Notes under the pieces: model-generated
What the model was told of the DNA's origin: nothing
Seen by the model: only the letters and a program-made list of their open reading frames with translations
Database searches by the model: none
In this document: piece by piece, positions 9,401-19,216 of the stretch
How the letters are laid out: every line of letters begins with the position of its first letter
How positions within the stretch are numbered: the stretch's first letter is position 1
Assembly (NCBI GenBank): GCA_965368975.1
Contig: CBDUPA010000007.1
Location: forward strand, 64,001-128,000
DNA from: an uncultured bacterium
GTDB lineage: Bacteria; Acidobacteriota; Thermoanaerobaculia; Multivoradales; JAHZIX01
Length of the DNA stretch: 64,000 nucleotides
Reading direction: 5' to 3'
Translations under genes and position numbers: made by a program

Positions 9401-12400
9401 ATTCCGGGCGGCGCCTGTACCGCAGCGGCGACCTGGCGCGCACCTGCGTCGACGGTGACTTGGAGTACCTCGGTCGCATCGATCACCAGGTGAAGGTGCG
9501 TGGCTACCGCATCGAGTTGGGCGAGGTCGAGGCGGCGCTCGACGGACATCCGTCGGTGCGCCGTGCTGTGGCCGAGGTGCGCAAGGGCGCGGCCGGTGAC
9601 GGGGGCCGCTTGATCGCCTGGTTGCAGGTCGAGGGTGCTGGTGACGGCGCAGTCGACACCCCGAGCCTGGGCCAGCAGCTGGGGCAGTGGCTGGCCGAGC
9701 GCCTGCCCGAGCACCAGGTACCGTCCCTGCTGCTACCGGTCGACGAGCTCCCGCTCACCACCCACGGCAAAATCGACCGTCGTACCCTGGCGCGGCGTCC
9801 TTTGCCCGACGTCTCGACGGGCGCTGTCTACCGACCTCCGCTGACCGCGGTCGAGAGAACGCTGTGCGACATCTTCACCCAGGTTCTCGACGTACCGCGC
9901 GTCGGTCTGGACGATGGTTTCTTCGACCTCGGTGGCGACTCGCTGCTGAGCATTCGCGTCGTCGGCCTGGCGCGCGATGCCGGCGTGATGCTCGAACTCA
10001 CTGACTTACTGCGGCACCCGACCGTCGGCGCGCTGGCTAGTTTTCTCGCTGCACGTGAAGAGGGGCCGAGCGACGATGTGGAGCAGTACGCAGCGACGCA
10101 GCCCTTCGCCCTGGTTGATGCCGAAGACCGCGCCCGGCTGCCCGCGGACGTCGAAGACGCGTATCCGCTGGCCCGGTTGCAGGCTGGCATGCTTTTCCAC
10201 ATGGCGCTCACCGACGACGAGCCGCCCTACCACAACCTCGACAGCTACCGCCTGCGCGGCCCCTTCGATCCTGACGCTTTCCGCCGTGCCGTCCTCTGCG
10301 TCGTGGCTCAGCAGCCGGCGCTGCGTACCTCCTTCGATCTCGAGCACTACCGCCAGCCCTTGCAGCTGGTGCACGAGGAAGTGGACCCGGACCACGCCTA
10401 CCAGCTCATCGACCTGCGGCACCTGCCCGCAGCCGAGCGTGAGGCCACCGTCGACACTTTCCTGGAGCACCACCGCTCGCGTCCGCTGCCGCTCGACCAG
10501 CCACCGTTGGTGCGTTTCGTGGTGCACTGGTTGGAGCAGGAGGCGGACCGGAGTACTTTCGAGCTGAGCGTGATCGAAAATCACGCCATCTTCGACGGCT
10601 GGAGCCTGCACGTCACCCTGGACGATATCTTTGCCGAGGCGTTCACTTCGACGCCCACGGAGGCAGCCGCCAGTAAGCTATCGCCCGCGGAGCCATCGGC
10701 TGCGGCGGCCGTGACGTATCGAGATTTCGTCGTGCTCGAACGCGCGGCCGAGGCGTCCACGTCCAACCGCGCCTTCTGGCAGCGGATCGTCGAGGATGCA
10801 CCGTTCCTCGAAGTCCCGCGCTGGCCGCTCCCGCCGCGCGGCGAAGACCAGCTGCGCGTGCCCAACGTCACCGTGCCGCTGTCGCCGACCGCCGCCGAGG
10901 CCCAGCAGGCCGCGTCGAAGGTGCTCGGCGTACCAGTCAAGAGCGTCGCCCTGGCCGCCTATCTGGCGGCGCTGGCGCTGTGGACGGGCAGCGACGATAT
11001 CGTTACCAGCTTCACCGCCAACGGCCGCCCCGAGGTACCGGGTGGTGACCAGGTGCGCGGTCTCTTCCTCAACTCCTTGCCGCTGCGCCTGCACAAGCCA
11101 CGCGCCGGCAGCTGGGCCGACCTGATCCGGCGCGCTCGCGACGCCGAACTCGAACTACTGCCGCACCGCCGTTACCCGCTGGCCACCCTGCTGCGCGAGC
11201 TCAACACGGATCGTTCCTCGGGACGCGCGATCGGACGCTCCGCGGGCAGCGGCGCTCAGACCCAGCTGTTCGAGGTTGCCTTCAACTTCGTCCATTTCCA
11301 CGTCGTCGACGCCCTGCTCGACTCACGGCTGGAAGTGTTGGAGACCCGTATCCACGACGTCGACAGCACGACCCTCGTGTGCACGTCCGGCCGCCAGCCC
11401 GGCAGCGGCGAGCCCTACCTGCAGTTCGCTTGGGATGCCGACGAGGTCGGCCGCGCACAGGTGCGGCGTCTGGCCGAGTTGTTCGAGCGAGTCTATGAAG
11501 CGATGGCCGACCTGGAGCGGCCGGTGGCGTCGACGTCGGTGCTGAGCCGGGCGGAGCGGCACCAGATCGTGGTGGAGTGGAACGCGACCCCCGACCGTGA
11601 GCCATTCCTGGATCGGCACATGGACCTCCCCCTACCCAGATGGGAAAGCGACAGTCTGCACGCCCGCATCTTGCATTGGGTCCGGAACACCCCGGACGCC
11701 GTTGCCACGATCGAATCCACCGACGCGATCGACCAGGTGCTGACCTACGGTGAGTTGGGCCACCGCTCCGCCCGCCTGGCGTCGCACCTGCGCGCGCGCG
11801 GCCTGGCACCCGAGACCCGTGTCGGGATCTTCCTGGAGCGCAGCCTCGATGTTCCGGTCGCGCTGCTCGGTGTGCTGCGCGCAGGTGGGGCCTACCTGCC
11901 GCTCGATCCCACCTTTCCCGCCGAGCGTCTGGCCTGGCTGCTGGAAGACAGCGGCGCTCCGTTCGTGGTCACATCCGCCGAGCTTCGCTCGCGCTTGCCG
12001 CAAGCACCGGCGGAGGAGGCAGAGGTCGAGGTGGTCGTGCTGGACGAGGTCGAAGCCTTCGCGGATCCGGTCGCGGATCCCACGGCGGCGGCTCTCACAG
12101 TCGGCCTGAGCGATCCACGGCAACTGGTCTACGTCATCCACACCTCCGGCTCCACCGGCCGTCCCAAAGGTGTGTGCGCCCACCATGCCGGTGTGCTGGC
12201 GTTGCTCGATACCTACCGCACGCCGCTGATCGCTGCCGGAGCGCGTGCCAGTTGGTGGACGCGGCTAGTCTTCGACGTCTCCGTTTCCGAGATCTTTTTC
12301 CCCCTCACCAACGGCGTCGCGCTCGAGATTGCCCCGGAACGCCTGCGCGCTGACGCCTCCGGCTTCCTCGACTGGCAGGCCGAACGTCGGATCGATGGTG

Positions 12401-13635
12401 CCTACGTGCCCGCCTTCCACCTGGCGGAACTGGAGCGTCGCGCCCGCGAGCCGTCCGCCAGCAACCTGCCCCCGCTGGTGCACCTGGAAGTCGGCGTCGA
12501 ACCGATCGCCGCCGAGCGGCTGCTCACCATCGCGCGCGGCCTGGCTCGGCGCAGTGGCGTCGAGATCGACCTGAACAACGGCTATGGCCCCACCGAAGTC
12601 ACGGACTGCAGCCTCGCCAAGTTCGTGCGCCTCTGGCACTATCAGCATACGCCCCCCCTGCGCGGTCGCACCCCTATTGGTCGCAACCTGCTCGGCGGCC
12701 GCGTCTACCTTCTCGACGCTCGTGGTGATCTGGTGTTGCCTGGCGTTCCTGGAGAGATTCATCTCGGCGGTGCCGGCGTCACCCGTGGCTACCTCGATCG
12801 CCCGGCGCTCACCGCCGCTGCCTTCGTTCCCGATCCCTTCGCCGATGAACACGCTGCCGGGGGAGTGCAGGGCCGTCGACCCGGTGCCCGCATCTACCGC
12901 TCCGGCGACCTCGGCAGGTACGCGCCGGATGGCGATATCGAGTTCCTCGGTCGTCGCGACCACCAGTTCAAGATTCGCGGCTACCGTGTCGAGCCCGGAG
13001 AAGTCGAAGCTGTCGTCGAAGCCACCCCCGATGTCGAGGCCGCTGCCGTCATCGTCCACGATAGCGGCGCTTCCGTCGGCCTGCGCCTGGTGGCCTACAT
13101 CGTTCCAGCCGTCGACCTGTTCGACGAAGCTGACGAGGACAAGTGGCTCAAAGACGTGCAGCGTCAACTCGGCCGTCAGCTGCCCGAATATATGGTGCCG
13201 TCCCTCTTCGTCTTGCTCGACGCTCTACCGCGCAATTCGAGCGGCAAGCTGAACCGTCAAGCCCTACCGTCGCCGGATGATGTCGGTCAGGTCGCCACCC
13301 AGTACGTGGCGCCGCGGACGGCCGTCGAAGACGTCCTGACGCGCATGTGGGGTGAGCTGCTGGGTGTCGAGAAGGTCGGCGTCGACGACGACTTTTTCGA
13401 CCTCGGCGGCCATTCTCTGGTGGCCACCCAGCTGGTGTCGCGCATCCGCGATATCTTCGACCTGGACGTACCCCTGATCGAATTCTTCGAGCTGCGCACC
13501 GTCGCCGATCTCGCCGCCGCGCTGGTTTCGGCGGACGAGGATTCTGAGTACGCCGAGAAGGCCGCCCGCGCCTGGTTGCGGTTGCAGCAGCTGAGCCCGG
13601 CGGAGCGGGCCGCGCTGCTGGCGTCGAGGGAGTGA
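6466..13635 (+). CDS. Bimodular NRPS, C-A(Thr)-T-C*-A(unknown)-T, no thioesterase
   Basis: C1 HHIVVD; A-domain motifs YTSGSTGQPKG, YGITE, YRSGD; T1 GGDSL; C2 ENHAIFDG; A2 HTSGSTGRPKG, YGPTE; T2 GGHSL. Start 6466 or 6514. Confidence 0.96.
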   Translation: MSTPGSSDPLPDVTAGMTPDLAPDLEKRLARLTPAQRALYLKRMQRKNLDAEALARRSAERARGAASAGSEQAALAATPIPRRARAEPGVEAEGWPLSLDQERIYFIHHLNPDSPFYNIIGAGRFRGRLRLDVLERAINEVVRRHETLRTRFEVRGGAPVQIVEPRLRMRIPLIDLRGLSASDARSTADVWVSRCLGTAFRLDRLPLGLSVMLQVGDEEFVWPMVYHHIVVDWVSWSLFQREIVLLYEYFARVAAEQGPSSASELSPLPELPIQYADFAVWQRRQLDAGVLASQFDYWREALRGAPEETTLPLDHPRPPMQRGDGRRRFRDLPAEASRRFRELMRHQGVTPFMAFLALFKVLVLRLTGQRRLILGSPTTARNHPDLEALIGYLLYQLPFYTDLSGDPDFEEVLRRVRTSTLGAFDHGDTPFSKLIELVDPERDPRRTPLTQLVLLFLDPDGLNTQLATPALPGVESLPYDFDGESSKFDATFVVWDRPVYHLWIEYDNDLFDATTIDRFARLFGTLLTGVTDDPRRPVRELPLLDVVEVHQLVVERNDVPTPVESGTVESGTEERVRAEPLPGLSLPRRFELWAERQPDAVALLHRRHHLSYGELLRRSAAVASRLRVQGAGVETLVALSFAPSVELFIGQVGILRSGAAYVPVDPVYPEERRRYLVADSGVEVVVDAGWMEQVMGIEKQVGAVNAEATTRPGHPHGGAPTQSSVPVPGRGGPMWPPSEIRGDSTAYVIYTSGSTGQPKGVAMSHHGIARLFDATAGWFDFGPGDVWALFHSFAFDFSVWEIWGALACGGRLVILSEADRRQPARLARWLAEQQVTVLNQTPSAFRGLIPEIWQNTGEDTVDSSLRGVIFGGEALDPQILRECVRRDATAFVNMYGITETAVHTTYRRIRAADTARSSSRIGVPLPDLQLYVLDRWVGLLPLGVPGELVVGGDGLARGYLRRPSLTAQRFIPDPFSRRNSGRRLYRSGDLARTCVDGDLEYLGRIDHQVKVRGYRIELGEVEAALDGHPSVRRAVAEVRKGAAGDGGRLIAWLQVEGAGDGAVDTPSLGQQLGQWLAERLPEHQVPSLLLPVDELPLTTHGKIDRRTLARRPLPDVSTGAVYRPPLTAVERTLCDIFTQVLDVPRVGLDDGFFDLGGDSLLSIRVVGLARDAGVMLELTDLLRHPTVGALASFLAAREEGPSDDVEQYAATQPFALVDAEDRARLPADVEDAYPLARLQAGMLFHMALTDDEPPYHNLDSYRLRGPFDPDAFRRAVLCVVAQQPALRTSFDLEHYRQPLQLVHEEVDPDHAYQLIDLRHLPAAEREATVDTFLEHHRSRPLPLDQPPLVRFVVHWLEQEADRSTFELSVIENHAIFDGWSLHVTLDDIFAEAFTSTPTEAAASKLSPAEPSAAAAVTYRDFVVLERAAEASTSNRAFWQRIVEDAPFLEVPRWPLPPRGEDQLRVPNVTVPLSPTAAEAQQAASKVLGVPVKSVALAAYLAALALWTGSDDIVTSFTANGRPEVPGGDQVRGLFLNSLPLRLHKPRAGSWADLIRRARDAELELLPHRRYPLATLLRELNTDRSSGRAIGRSAGSGAQTQLFEVAFNFVHFHVVDALLDSRLEVLETRIHDVDSTTLVCTSGRQPGSGEPYLQFAWDADEVGRAQVRRLAELFERVYEAMADLERPVASTSVLSRAERHQIVVEWNATPDREPFLDRHMDLPLPRWESDSLHARILHWVRNTPDAVATIESTDAIDQVLTYGELGHRSARLASHLRARGLAPETRVGIFLERSLDVPVALLGVLRAGGAYLPLDPTFPAERLAWLLEDSGAPFVVTSAELRSRLPQAPAEEAEVEVVVLDEVEAFADPVADPTAAALTVGLSDPRQLVYVIHTSGSTGRPKGVCAHHAGVLALLDTYRTPLIAAGARASWWTRLVFDVSVSEIFFPLTNGVALEIAPERLRADASGFLDWQAERRIDGAYVPAFHLAELERRAREPSASNLPPLVHLEVGVEPIAAERLLTIARGLARRSGVEIDLNNGYGPTEVTDCSLAKFVRLWHYQHTPPLRGRTPIGRNLLGGRVYLLDARGDLVLPGVPGEIHLGGAGVTRGYLDRPALTAAAFVPDPFADEHAAGGVQGRRPGARIYRSGDLGRYAPDGDIEFLGRRDHQFKIRGYRVEPGEVEAVVEATPDVEAAAVIVHDSGASVGLRLVAYIVPAVDLFDEADEDKWLKDVQRQLGRQLPEYMVPSLFVLLDALPRNSSGKLNRQALPSPDDVGQVATQYVAPRTAVEDVLTRMWGELLGVEKVGVDDDFFDLGGHSLVATQLVSRIRDIFDLDVPLIEFFELRTVADLAAALVSADEDSEYAEKAARAWLRLQQLSPAERAALLASRE
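8152..8181 (+). repeat. 15-bp tandem duplication (GTGGAGTCAGGTACG x2) encoding VESGT-VESGT in the C-A linker
   Basis: Read directly from sequence. Confidence 0.85.
8601..8677. repeat. Pair of GTAG-type REP palindromes embedded in frame in the NRPS A1 domain
   Basis: 8601-8632 is the exact reverse complement of 56799-56830; 8649-8677 matches the reverse complement of 56877-56905 at 28/29. Confidence 0.9.
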
Positions 13636-13676
13636 AGACGGAGGAGCTGCTAGAATCCAGACAGCAAGGAGGCGAG

Positions 13677-13883
13677 ATGAGTACAGCAACGGCTCAGCAG
13701 TTTGTTGCCGATGACTCTGGGAATCGGGTGGGCGTCATCTTGGACATGGTCAGCTACTCGGCACTTGTCGAGGCGGCCGAGGAACTGGAGGCTATCCGAG
13801 CGTATGACGACGCCAAAGCCGCTGGCGATGAGATGATCCCGTTTGAGCAAGCTATACGAGAAATCGAGGAGCGGCGAGGCTAG
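13677..13883 (+). CDS. Small antitoxin-like protein upstream of a RelE/ParE-family gene
   Basis: AGGAGG RBS; QFVADDSGNRVGVILD...EELEAIRAYDDAKA...IPFEQAIREIE is typical of small addiction-module antidotes. Confidence 0.75.
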   Translation: MSTATAQQFVADDSGNRVGVILDMVSYSALVEAAEELEAIRAYDDAKAAGDEMIPFEQAIREIEERRG

Positions 13884-13886
13884 TCT

Positions 13887-14137
13887 TTGTCCTACGATCT
13901 GCAGATCTTGCGGCGCAAAAGTCCCTGGAACGCCTCCCGTCCCCTCACTATCAGCGTGTTCGCGATGCGATTCGCTCTCTTGCGGATGAACCGAGACCAC
14001 CCGGATGCCTGCGCCTCTCTGGCCGCTCGGGCTGGCGGTTACGAGTCGGACGATATCGAGTGGTGTATGACATCGAAGATACAATTCGAGTTGTTGCCGT
14101 CCTCGACGTAGGGCATCGAAAGGACATCTACAGGTAG
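13887..14137 (+). pseudogene. RelE/ParE family toxin, frameshifted near codon 10
   Basis: MSYDLQILR continues in the -1 frame as QKSLERLPSPHYQRVRDAIRSLADEPRPPGCLRLSGRSGWRLRVGRYRVVYDIEDTIRVVAVLDVGHRKDIYR*, a typical RelE sequence; break at ~13911-13916. Confidence 0.85.
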
Positions 14138-14178
14138 CCTTAGTTCAGTGGCTCGCCGGGGCACTGAAGGAGAAAGCC

Positions 14179-14580
14179 ATGAACACGCTTAGTTATGGAT
14201 TCGAGACCACTCTGCCGGACGTCAGCTACGATGATGCCGTCCAGCGCGTCACGGCAGCTTTGCAGGAAGAAGGCTTCGGTGTGCTCACCGAGATCGACGT
14301 CAAGGCGACGCTGAAGAAAAAGATCGACGCCGACTTCCGCCGCTACCTGATCCTCGGTGCCTGCAACCCCCACCTCGCCCATCGCGCGTTGCAGGCGGAG
14401 TCGCAGCTAGGTTTGTTGCTGCCGTGCAACGTTGTCGTGCAGGAAGCCGACGGCGGTGGCAGTGTCGTGTCGATCGTGGATCCGAAGGCGATGTTCCAGA
14501 TGGTCGAGAATCCAGCCTTGGGACCGGTTGCGGAAGAAGTCGCACAGAAGCTACGGCGCGTCTTGGCGGCGTTGGGCTGA
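14179..14580 (+). CDS. DUF302 domain protein
   Basis: GFGVLTEIDVKATLKKK, YLILGACNP, GLLLPCNVVV. Confidence 0.92.
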   Translation: MNTLSYGFETTLPDVSYDDAVQRVTAALQEEGFGVLTEIDVKATLKKKIDADFRRYLILGACNPHLAHRALQAESQLGLLLPCNVVVQEADGGGSVVSIVDPKAMFQMVENPALGPVAEEVAQKLRRVLAALG

Positions 14581-15969
14581 ACTCTGCGAAAGCGAGGTTG
14601 GCACCGTCTCCGTCAGGCAGTACAGGTAGCGCTCGCCGCGTAGAAAGAGATCGTGTCCGGAAAGCACGGCGGAGGCACTGAAGCCGTCGTCGAGGTGGTT
14701 GCGGGCCAGGGTCTCAGGCGTGTCGACATCGCTCAGTACGACCGTCGTTCCGTGCAGATCCGTGACATATACACGACCGGCAGCGGCGACCGGGGAGCCA
14801 TAGACGTTACGGATGCCAGGCAACCGAAGCGGACCAGGCCGCTCGCGGCCATCACGGGCGTCGACGCGGGTGAGGACGCTCTGGTAGTGGTTGTGGAAGT
14901 ACAGCACGCCGTCGATCAGGAGTGGCGACGGGATGTAGGGCGTACCTCGGTTGCGCTGCCAGGCCACATGGTCACTGCCCGTCAGGTCACCGCGGGCTCC
15001 GTCGAGGCGGAGGGCGAAGAAGATCTGGTGGTCGTAGCTGCTGCCGGCATACACGTAGCCGTCTGCCGCCACGGGGGACGCCACCACGTTGGCGGACAAG
15101 CCACCAGCTTGCCATAGCTCTTTGCCGTCATCGAGAGCGTAGCCGCGCAGCCGGTCGGTACCGGCGACGATGACTTGTGCCTGCCCCGCGTGCTCGACCA
15201 CGATTGGCGTCGACCACGAGGTTCCCTGGTTGCGCGGGATACGCCAGCGCTCAGTACCTGTCTTGCGGTCCAGGGCGACCAGGAAAGAGGCCCCTTCGTG
15301 GTCCCAGACCAGCACCACCGTATCGCCGTGCAGCGCCGGTGAGCTACCCTCGCCGTGGCCGTGCTTCACTTGCATGTCGCCGAAATCTTTTTTCCACAGC
15401 AGCTTGCCGTCAAGATCGAGAGCGTAGAGGCCTTGAGAACCAAAGAAGGCGATCAACACTTCGCCGTCTGTGATCGGTGAGGCCGAGGCGTAGCTACCGG
15501 AGCGATGCATGCCCTGCCAGGGGATCTCGCTGCGCACCGTCGTCTGCCAGGCGATGTTCCCGGTGTGTCTGTCGACCGCCAGGACGACAAAGTCGTGCTT
15601 GTGACTCACCGCCGCGTTGTCGTGAGCTCCCGGCGCCTCGACGTTGACCGGTGCGAAGCCTTCTCCGGTCTCGATCGCGGTCGTCAAGAACAGGCGATCA
15701 CCCCAGAGAACCGGCGTCGAGTGCCCTTTGCCTGGCAGCTCGACCTTCCAGCGAACGTTCTCCTGCTCGCTCCAGCGAATCGGCGGGTCCGCGTGGGGTG
15801 CTTCGCCGGTGGCCAGGGGGCCACGCCATTGAGGCCATTGGTGGACAGGGTCGAGGGTGGCTGTGGCTGGGTCCGCGAGTATCTCGTAGCCGACTGCCAG
15901 CAAGCAGAAGGAGATAGTGAGAACGGTCGGGAGTGTTTTCCAGGCTCTTGTCCTGGGATGTGTGAACAT
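14551..15969 (-). CDS. PQQ-binding-like beta-propeller (BamB-like) exported protein
   Basis: WPQWRGP, WKVELPGKGHSTP and repeated SSP / ALD..TG..W blades; N-terminal hydrophobic segment. Confidence 0.88.
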   Translation of the reverse strand: MFTHPRTRAWKTLPTVLTISFCLLAVGYEILADPATATLDPVHQWPQWRGPLATGEAPHADPPIRWSEQENVRWKVELPGKGHSTPVLWGDRLFLTTAIETGEGFAPVNVEAPGAHDNAAVSHKHDFVVLAVDRHTGNIAWQTTVRSEIPWQGMHRSGSYASASPITDGEVLIAFFGSQGLYALDLDGKLLWKKDFGDMQVKHGHGEGSSPALHGDTVVLVWDHEGASFLVALDRKTGTERWRIPRNQGTSWSTPIVVEHAGQAQVIVAGTDRLRGYALDDGKELWQAGGLSANVVASPVAADGYVYAGSSYDHQIFFALRLDGARGDLTGSDHVAWQRNRGTPYIPSPLLIDGVLYFHNHYQSVLTRVDARDGRERPGPLRLPGIRNVYGSPVAAAGRVYVTDLHGTTVVLSDVDTPETLARNHLDDGFSASAVLSGHDLFLRGERYLYCLTETVPTSLSQSSAQRRQDAP

Positions 15970-16075
15970 TGGAGCAGTGTAGCTCACGGTTCCAACAGGC
16001 AGCATGGGGGCTTTGCTAGAATCAGACCGTCAGGAGAATGAAGGTGCTTCTTCGGAGAAAGACGAGGCGAATGCG

Positions 16076-16324
16076 ATGAACGACACAAGCTTACTCGATC
16101 GAATTACCGTGGATCCGCGGATTTTCAATGGCAAGCCGATCATTCGAGGTCGACGCCTCGCCGTTGAACATGTTCTGGGCATGCTGGCTGCGGGCGACTC
16201 GATCGAGACCTTGCTCGAAGGGTATCCCTGGTTGGAGCGGGAAGATGTCCTGGCCTGCCTAGTCTATGCACGCCGTCTCGTCGGTCACGAACGTGTCGAA
16301 CCGGTGATGCTCGAAGCCAGCTGA
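16076..16324 (+). CDS. DUF433 family antitoxin
   Basis: RITVDPRIFNGKPIIRGRRLAVEHVL...YPWLEREDVLACL. Confidence 0.92.
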   Translation: MNDTSLLDRITVDPRIFNGKPIIRGRRLAVEHVLGMLAAGDSIETLLEGYPWLEREDVLACLVYARRLVGHERVEPVMLEAS

Positions 16325-16680
16325 TGAAGGTTCTCTTGGACTCCTGCGTCTGGAGTCTGGCTAGGGTGGATCTAGAGGCAGCCGGGCATGCAGTCGACTG
16401 GGTAGGAGATTGGGATCAGGACCCGGGCGACGAGGAGATCCTGCGATGGGCGGCCCATCGAGGCTGGGTGATCGTTACTTTGGACAAAGACTTCGGGGAG
16501 CTTGCAGTCGTCCAGGGTCTGACGCGGCCTAGCATAGTCCGGCTCGTTGACATTCCTGCTCGACAGCAGGGGAAGCTGTGTGCGGAAATGCTGGGCCGAT
16601 TTCTCGACGAGTTGAAAGCCGGCGTGCTGTTGACGGTGCAGCTGAGAAGAGTGCGGATTCGTAGACTCGATCCAAAGTGA
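16324..16680 (+). CDS. DUF5615 family PIN-like toxin
   Basis: MKVLLDSCV...DEEILRWA...IVTLDKDFGEL; 1-nt overlap with the DUF433 stop. Confidence 0.9.
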   Translation: MKVLLDSCVWSLARVDLEAAGHAVDWVGDWDQDPGDEEILRWAAHRGWVIVTLDKDFGELAVVQGLTRPSIVRLVDIPARQQGKLCAEMLGRFLDELKAGVLLTVQLRRVRIRRLDPK

Positions 16681-16699
16681 ACTCGGACACTCCCGAGGC

Positions 16700-18148
<1,449 letters not shown>

Positions 18149-18197
18149 GGATCTCCTTGCCGAGGTTTGTCGTGCGGGTACTTCCCGTCACGGGACC

Positions 18198-19163
18198 TCA
18201 GGTGGACGGTAGGCGCAGCGTGAAGACGGCGCCACCGTCGGGGTGGTTGGACGCCTCGATTGTACCTCCGTGCAGGTCGACGATCTGGCGTGCCACCGCC
18301 AGGCCGAGGCCGGTGCCTTGCAGTCGACCGGTGTGGAAGGGCTCGAAGAGGGTCTCGATGCCCTGCGCTGGTAACCCGCGGCCGGTGTCGCGCACGGTGT
18401 AGACGAGGTGGTCGTCGTCGACGCTGATCGACGCCTGCACCAGTGGCGCACTGCCGTCGTCAGGGTCGATCGGCACCAGGCCGGCGGCGGAACTCTCCAG
18501 TCTCGCTTCCTTGACCGCCTGGGCACCGTTGCGCAGCAGGTTGACCAGCGCGAGCTGCAGCAAGCCGGCATCCAGCGACCAACTGGCCGGCGACCGCTCG
18601 ACGTCGATGACGAAGAGTGCCGTTCCGGGTAGTGCGGTGTCGACCTGCTCGGCGGCGAGGCGTAGGACGCTTGCGGGGTCGGCGTCTGTGCGCTCGATTT
18701 TCTTGGAACGCACGAAGGCCAGTAGATCTTGGATCAGGCGCTCCAGGCGCAGAGTCTCGCGCACCACGCGGTCGGCCTTCTTGCCCTCGCGGCTGTCCAC
18801 CGGCAACGCCTCGGCAAGCAGCTGGGCGTGGCCCTTTATCGACGCCAGCGGATTGCGGATCTCGTGTGCCAGCACCGCCGCCATCTCGCCTAGTGCGGCC
18901 AGTCGGCGGTCGCGTTCGAGGTGCTCTTCAAGGCGCTCGGCGCGGTGGCTGAGGCGATGGAAGAGGAGTGCACCGAGGATCAGGATCAGGACAGCGGCGG
19001 CGTCGAGGACTTGGCGAACGCCGGCGTGATTGGAGATGAGCGTCGCGATCAGGATGGCCGCCATCGCCAATGGTAAGAGCGTGAGCGCCCAGCGGACCCG
19101 GCGCAGGGGTCCGAGGGCGCTCACCTTGGAGGCATCACCGGCTCTGGTGTCGTTGAGGTTCAT
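18198..19163 (-). CDS. Two-component sensor histidine kinase with two TMs and almost no extracytoplasmic loop
   Basis: H-box [10 protein letters not shown]-box NLLRNG, DTGRG, FEPF, GTGLGL. Confidence 0.93.
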   Translation of the reverse strand: MNLNDTRAGDASKVSALGPLRRVRWALTLLPLAMAAILIATLISNHAGVRQVLDAAAVLILILGALLFHRLSHRAERLEEHLERDRRLAALGEMAAVLAHEIRNPLASIKGHAQLLAEALPVDSREGKKADRVVRETLRLERLIQDLLAFVRSKKIERTDADPASVLRLAAEQVDTALPGTALFVIDVERSPASWSLDAGLLQLALVNLLRNGAQAVKEARLESSAAGLVPIDPDDGSAPLVQASISVDDDHLVYTVRDTGRGLPAQGIETLFEPFHTGRLQGTGLGLAVARQIVDLHGGTIEASNHPDGGAVFTLRLPST

Positions 19164-19168
19164 GCCGG

Positions 19169-19204
19169 CGACATTCTACGGTGTCGACATTCTACGGTGT
19201 CGAC
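19169..19204. repeat. 16-bp tandem direct repeat CGACATTCTACGGTGT x2 (+CGAC) just upstream of the kinase start
   Basis: Read directly from sequence. Confidence 0.9.
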
Positions 19205-19216
19205 GTGGAGGGCTGG

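Noticed and set aside
13908-13925. Programmed -1 frameshift in relE
   Set aside because: No X-XXY-YYZ or in-frame A-AAG slippery motif; a simple deletion or error is more parsimonious.
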